From positions 1-10,144 of the forward strand of contig JBBIMI010000027.1 of assembly GCA_037444485.1 (NCBI GenBank): 10,144 nucleotides of DNA, given 5' to 3'. Below the pieces are notes generated by a model, which was not told the DNA's origin, did not search any database, and was given only the letters and a program-made list of their open reading frames with translations. Of the stretch, positions 5,969-10,144 are shown piece after piece. Made by a program: the position numbers and the translations under genes. The first letter of the stretch is position 1; every line of letters begins with the position of its first letter. This stretch comes from Candidatus Micrarchaeota archaeon. GTDB lineage: Archaea; Micrarchaeota; Micrarchaeia; Norongarragalinales; Norongarragalinaceae.

Positions 5969-6655
5969 CTAATGCTGTTGCTCCAGCAAAGAATCTAGTA
6001 AAGAGTAATCCGCTTTCGGAATCTTGAAGGACTTTCCACAGTCTGGTGCAGTGCACTTGAACACCACGAAGCCTTTCCCGCCTTTCCCACTTTTCCCGCC
6101 TTTCCCATTTTTTTCTTTCTTGGTTTTTTCGCTGGTTTTCTCGCCTTTCGCGCCGCACTCGCACACGAAGCCGCGCACGCGCGCTGGGTTGCCGAAAGCG
6201 AGCGCGTGGGGAGGCACGTCGCGCGTTACTATGCTGCCCGCGCCTATCATCGCGTACTCGCCTATCGTCACTCCGCCAATGAGCACCGAGTCTGCGCCGA
6301 CGCTCGCGCCGCGTTTGACGCGGATTGGGGGAGTGTGCCGCGATTCGTTCCAAATGAATGCGCGGGGATAGCGGTCGTTAGTGAACGTGACGCTTGGTCC
6401 AATGAAAACGTCGTCCTCGATTTCAGCAGGGTAGTAAATGCTTGCGTTGTTCTGGATTTTCACGCGATTACCTATTTTGACTTTCAAGTCGACGTAAACG
6501 TTTTTCGCGATTACGCAGTCTTCACCGATTTCCGCGTGTTCTCTTATTTGCGCTTGGTGCCACACGCGCGTGCCAGCGCCGATTTTCGCGTGGAGGGAAA
6601 CGTCTGCAGTCTCGTGTATTTGCGGTGGTTTTTTTGGTTTTGATGGTTCACTCAT
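5969..6655 (-). CDS. Hexapeptide-repeat sugar N-acetyltransferase (WbpD/WlbB-like) with C-terminal zinc-ribbon-like tail
   Basis: Motifs IHETADV, IGAGTRVWH, VKIQNN, FIGPSVTFTNDRYPR and GAGSIVTRDVPPHALAFGNPAR, then the CECG...CTAPDCG cysteine pairs seen in WbpD-like proteins. Confidence 0.93.
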   Translation of the reverse strand: MSEPSKPKKPPQIHETADVSLHAKIGAGTRVWHQAQIREHAEIGEDCVIAKNVYVDLKVKIGNRVKIQNNASIYYPAEIEDDVFIGPSVTFTNDRYPRAFIWNESRHTPPIRVKRGASVGADSVLIGGVTIGEYAMIGAGSIVTRDVPPHALAFGNPARVRGFVCECGAKGEKTSEKTKKEKNGKGGKSGKGGKGFVVFKCTAPDCGKSFKIPKADYSLLDSLLEQQH

Positions 6656-6658
6656 TTT

Positions 6659-7624
6659 TCACAACCTCTCTTTCGGAATCGTTTTAAACCATTCGAACGT
6701 CTTACGCAAGCCTTGCTCGAGCGGCGTTTTCGCTTTAAAGTCAAGCAGTTTCTTTGCTTTGCTTACGTCCGCAACGCGGCGCGATATTTTATCCCAAGCG
6801 CGTTTGGGAACGAATCGAATCTTGTCGTCGTTGCCAGTAATTTTGTTGATTGTTTTCGCTAAGTCTATTATTCGCGTTTCAACGCCACAGCCGATATTAA
6901 ACGTTTGTCCAACCGCTTCCTGTTTTTCAGCTGCAAGGAGCGTGCCTTCAACCGCATCTTCAACGAACGTAAAGTCGCGCGAGTCTCTGCCGTCACCCAT
7001 TACTGGCAGCGGCTGGCGCGCTAGCGCGCGAGCGAAGAAATTCGGGATGACGTTGCGGTACTTGCCGGGGTACTCGTTCGGGCCGTAAACGTTGAAGTAA
7101 CGCACTATTACGGTCGGCAGCTTGTAGTACTCGAAGAAAAAGTTTGCGTAATACTCGCCGAGAAGCTTGGTAATCGCGTAAGGCGTTTCAGGCGCTGGCT
7201 TCATTTCTTCACGCATTCTTTCTTCAACTGGCCCGTAAACGCATGAAGAGGAAGCGTAAACGAAGCGTTTTAAACCGCGTTTTAAACCGTTTTTCTGCGC
7301 TGCTTCGAGAAGCTTTAGAGTCGCGAAGCCGTTGATTTCTAAATCCTGCGTCGGGAATTCGATTGATTTTTGGTTTGCAAAGCTGGCTGCCAAGTGAAAC
7401 ACGTAATCGAATTTTTTTTGAGTGAAAAGTTTTTGAATGAATTCTTCGTTGCGGACGTCTTCCTTCACGAATTCGACGTTGTTCAAGCCAGCGAGGTTCT
7501 CCGCGTGCCCTTCACTCAAGTCGTCGACTACAATGATTTTGTTTGAAGCGTTCAAGCATTTTGCTAAGTTCGAGCCGATGAAGCCGGCTCCGCCAGTAAT
7601 CAAAACGCTTTTTCCAGTAATCAT
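6659..7624 (-). CDS. NAD-dependent nucleotide-sugar epimerase/dehydratase (extended SDR; WbmF/GME-like)
   Basis: Motifs GGAGFIG, HLAA, YASSSCVYG, catalytic YxxxK (YAITK), RYFNVYGP and RDFTFVED. Confidence 0.95.
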   Translation of the reverse strand: MITGKSVLITGGAGFIGSNLAKCLNASNKIIVVDDLSEGHAENLAGLNNVEFVKEDVRNEEFIQKLFTQKKFDYVFHLAASFANQKSIEFPTQDLEINGFATLKLLEAAQKNGLKRGLKRFVYASSSCVYGPVEERMREEMKPAPETPYAITKLLGEYYANFFFEYYKLPTVIVRYFNVYGPNEYPGKYRNVIPNFFARALARQPLPVMGDGRDSRDFTFVEDAVEGTLLAAEKQEAVGQTFNIGCGVETRIIDLAKTINKITGNDDKIRFVPKRAWDKISRRVADVSKAKKLLDFKAKTPLEQGLRKTFEWFKTIPKERL

Positions 7625-7637
7625 TCCATAAAAAACC

Positions 7638-7681
7638 TTTTTTTGAGAGTATTTCTTTTTTTTCGAGAGTTTTTTTTCGAG
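7638..7681. repeat. Three poly-T-(C)GAG units in the divergent promoter region
   Basis: tttttttgagagt / ttttttttcgagagt / tttttttcgag. Confidence 0.6.
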
Positions 7682-7774
7682 GGAAGAGGATGTTGCGAGT
7701 TTAACAGAAAGGTTAGTGCCTCCAAATTATTTAAATTGATTGCCTTACTCAAATTAAGGTTATTCGATTTAAAG

Positions 7775-8896
7775 ATGGTTGGTTTTGGGTTGGTAAAGCT
7801 TTTTAAAGTAATCAACGTCGTCGGCGCGAGGCCTAACTTCATGAAAATCGCGCCGCTCACGCGCGAGATGCAGCGCCGCAGCGGCGCTTTTGAAGTGTTC
7901 CTGCTGCATACCGGACAGCATTACGATGACAACTTGTCGAAAATCTTTTTCGACCAACTACGCTTGCCTAAGCCAGACGCTTACTTAGGCGTTGGATCCG
8001 GAAGCCACGCTGAGCAGACTGCAAAAATAATGCTCGCATTCGAACCAATTCTCGGCGAGCAGAAGCCCGACCTCGTTATCGTCGTCGGCGACGTGAATTC
8101 GACGATCGCCTGCGCGCTCACTGCCGCGAAGAAAAATATTTTAATCGCGCACGTTGAAGCTGGACTGCGTAGTTACGATTGGACGATGCCTGAAGAAATC
8201 AATCGCGTGCTTACTGACCGCTTGTCAAAATTCTTGTTCACTAGCTCGCCCGAGTGCGAAGGCAACTTAAAGCGCGAGGGAATAATTCAAGGAATTCACT
8301 TCGTAGGCAACACGATGATAGACTCGCTGCTCGCATTCAAGAAACTAGCGGATTCCACGCGCGAAGTAGAAAAACTCGGGTTGCGAAAACGCGAGTTTGG
8401 TTTAGTCACTCTGCACAGGCCGAGCAACGTAGACACGCTTGAAGGCTTGAAGCGCACGCTTAAACTGCTTGAAACCGCGTCCAAGCACGCGCCACTAATT
8501 TTTCCAATGCATCCGCGCACTCGCGGAACGCTTGAAAAAACTGGTTTGCTGGAGAAAGTAAAAAAACTCGCGTTAGTCACTGAACCGCTTGGATACTTAG
8601 AGTTCGTGAATCTCGAGTTGAACGCGAAGTTTGTTTTGACGGACTCAGGCGCAGTGCAAGAAGAAACGACTGTGCTAGGCGTGCCTTGCCTCACAGCGCG
8701 CGCGAACACTGAACGCCCGATTACTGTAACGAAAGGCACGAACACGCTTGTTTTCGACGAACGCGCGCTAGAGAAAGCATTAAAGCAAATTGATGACGGA
8801 GTTTACAAGAAAGGCAGCATTCCGGAAAAATGGGATGGACGCGCGTCGCAACGCATTTGCGACGTTCTCGAAAAAAAACTAGTTAAACAAAACTAG
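7775..8896 (+). CDS. wecB: UDP-N-acetylglucosamine 2-epimerase, non-hydrolysing (WecB/WbpI family)
   Basis: Motifs VVGARPNFMK, HTGQHYD, VVGDVNST, HVEAGLRS, MPEEINR, TLHRPSNVD, TDSGAVQEE and NTERP. The real start is probably ATG 7775 (or TTG 7790), not 7643. Confidence 0.95.
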   Translation: MVGFGLVKLFKVINVVGARPNFMKIAPLTREMQRRSGAFEVFLLHTGQHYDDNLSKIFFDQLRLPKPDAYLGVGSGSHAEQTAKIMLAFEPILGEQKPDLVIVVGDVNSTIACALTAAKKNILIAHVEAGLRSYDWTMPEEINRVLTDRLSKFLFTSSPECEGNLKREGIIQGIHFVGNTMIDSLLAFKKLADSTREVEKLGLRKREFGLVTLHRPSNVDTLEGLKRTLKLLETASKHAPLIFPMHPRTRGTLEKTGLLEKVKKLALVTEPLGYLEFVNLELNAKFVLTDSGAVQEETTVLGVPCLTARANTERPITVTKGTNTLVFDERALEKALKQIDDGVYKKGSIPEKWDGRASQRICDVLEKKLVKQN

Positions 8897-9054
8897 TCAA
8901 GGTATTGTTGAACACTCATTCTTCTCGTTCTCGAATGCTTTACTTGAATGCTCGTCGTCATCACAACGTTGCCTGAACGAATGGATTTCTCGATCGAAAG
9001 CATTAAATAAGAGTTTAACTTTGTTAAAAACGTGTTTTGAAAGCGGTGGCTTGC

Positions 9055-10144
9055 TTGAAGAGCAATAAATTGTTTTTTGTAATCGTTTTATTTTCCAGCG
9101 TAATTGTTTTGTCAACGATTTTGTCCGCGCTAGTTCAAGCTGTTGAAAGTATTCCTGAACCGGCGCCTGAAGCGCCTTGCAATAATTGGATTAGAGTCGA
9201 CTTTTTAAGGGGATCTATTCTTTCTTCTCCGGCGATAGAGAGTATAGGCAACAGGCAAATTATTGCTGTCCGCGGCGCGGACAACCAAGTTTATGTTAAA
9301 GAATGGCGTGAAGGCACTTACAAAGCTTTCAGATTTGAGCAACCTTGGAATCTCACTAATTGGTATGTAGTCAACAACGGTCTTACTAATGATAGTCCCA
9401 AGTTAGTCAAGCAATCAGGCGAATTATGGTTGTACGTTAAGGGCGGGGACGGCTTTGTTTACAAAAGCAAGTACTTGAGTCAACAACAGTGGAGTGCTTG
9501 GCAGAATACTAACGTTCCAAACTCTGCTTTCGGTTCTTCGGGCCCGACAGTCATCCCGATTCCAAACAAGCAAGGCTACTACAAGGTTTTTGGCACTGTC
9601 TTTGGCGCTACTCGAGTAGGAAACAAAATTTTTGACAATGTCGCTATCGGTAAATGCAAGAGTTTTCCTTCAAACTTCCAAAAACCGAATTGGGTTAAAA
9701 ACTTAATAATTTATGAAATCGCTCCAAAAGAATTTACTTCGCCGAACGGTCCTGAGACAGGCACATTCAATTCTTTAAAGGAAAAAATTCCTTACTTGGC
9801 TGACTTAGGAATCACCGCAATCTGGCTTGCAGGTTATTCTCAATCAGACCCCCATCATTTCGCCAACATTTGGACTGCTTACGCGAATGTCGACCCGAGA
9901 GTGATAGACTCTTCTCTTGGAACGCCTTCCGAGTTCAAGCAATTGGTTGACGCTGCTCACGCTCACGGCATTAAAATCATTTTAGAAAGTATTTCTCACG
10001 GAGCAATGAATTATAGTCCCTTAATTCAACAGCATCCAAATTGGTTTGCTGGAACAGCTTGGCCAGGCAAGGAAACAGCTGAAAAAAACCCTGACCCTCA
10101 AGGCCGCATTCACACGTGGATGGTTGAATATAATTGGTCTGCTG
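9055..10144 (+). CDS. Secreted alpha-amylase-family (GH13) protein with N-terminal lectin-like beta-propeller repeats; 3' truncated by the window
   Basis: Frame 1 is open from 9028 to the window end and is absent from the ORF track. TTG 9055 follows SD GCGGTGG. Signal peptide MKSNKLFFVIVLFSSVIVLSTILSALVQA. From 9685: PNWVKNLIIYEI...GTFNSLKEKIPYLADLGITAIWL...IDSSLGTPSEFKQLVDAAHAHGIKIILE...HG...LIQQHPNWF, a GH13 barrel start. Confidence 0.9.
   Translation, partial: MKSNKLFFVIVLFSSVIVLSTILSALVQAVESIPEPAPEAPCNNWIRVDFLRGSILSSPAIESIGNRQIIAVRGADNQVYVKEWREGTYKAFRFEQPWNLTNWYVVNNGLTNDSPKLVKQSGELWLYVKGGDGFVYKSKYLSQQQWSAWQNTNVPNSAFGSSGPTVIPIPNKQGYYKVFGTVFGATRVGNKIFDNVAIGKCKSFPSNFQKPNWVKNLIIYEIAPKEFTSPNGPETGTFNSLKEKIPYLADLGITAIWLAGYSQSDPHHFANIWTAYANVDPRVIDSSLGTPSEFKQLVDAAHAHGIKIILESISHGAMNYSPLIQQHPNWFAGTAWPGKETAEKNPDPQGRIHTWMVEYNWSA

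Noticed and set aside
7643..7774. N-terminal 44-aa extension of the 2-epimerase in the ORF track
   Set aside because: It runs through poly-T repeats and the AT-rich divergent promoter. Family homology begins at KVINVVGARPNF.
331..8745. Numerous ORF-track entries antisense to or overlapping the called genes (e.g. 331-651, 2012-2281, 3747-4133, 5354-5645, 5928-6353, 6206-6643, 6570-7088, 8296-8745)
   Set aside because: They are shadow frames of well-supported genes, with no recognisable motifs or translation signals.
8893..9115. Minus-strand ORF 8897-9115 and a 36-aa ORF 8893-9003 (..MTTSIQVKHS.., faintly antitoxin-like)
   Set aside because: The first overlaps the GH13 signal-peptide region. 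The second is too short, lacks the rest of a ribbon-helix-helix domain and has no adjacent toxin gene.

Overview
Archaeal chromosomal window. The archaeal call rests on a DUF373 gene, TATA boxes about 25 nt before leaderless starts and GGTG-type Shine-Dalgarno sites; a DPANN/Micrarchaeota-like host is a guess. Left to right: the decayed 3' end of an IS200/IS605 tnpA with its intact right-end hairpin; a CaCA (Na+/Ca2+) exchanger; a small His-x13-His membrane protein; a DUF373 protein with a C-terminal PRC-barrel-like domain; a repeat-rich spacer holding a GC-rich candidate structured RNA; a 2-TM hypothetical protein; a stand-alone HPF/RaiA-like protein; and a DUF4870 membrane protein. Next is a nucleotide-sugar cluster (DegT aminotransferase, hexapeptide N-acetyltransferase, WbmF/GME-like SDR epimerase, divergent UDP-GlcNAc 2-epimerase) consistent with 2,3-diacetamido-uronic acid synthesis. 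The window ends in a long ORF missing from the ORF track, which encodes a secreted lectin-repeat plus GH13 protein. Most intergenic regions, and two genes, carry their own short tandem duplications. All family calls are from motif recognition by eye, not database searches.
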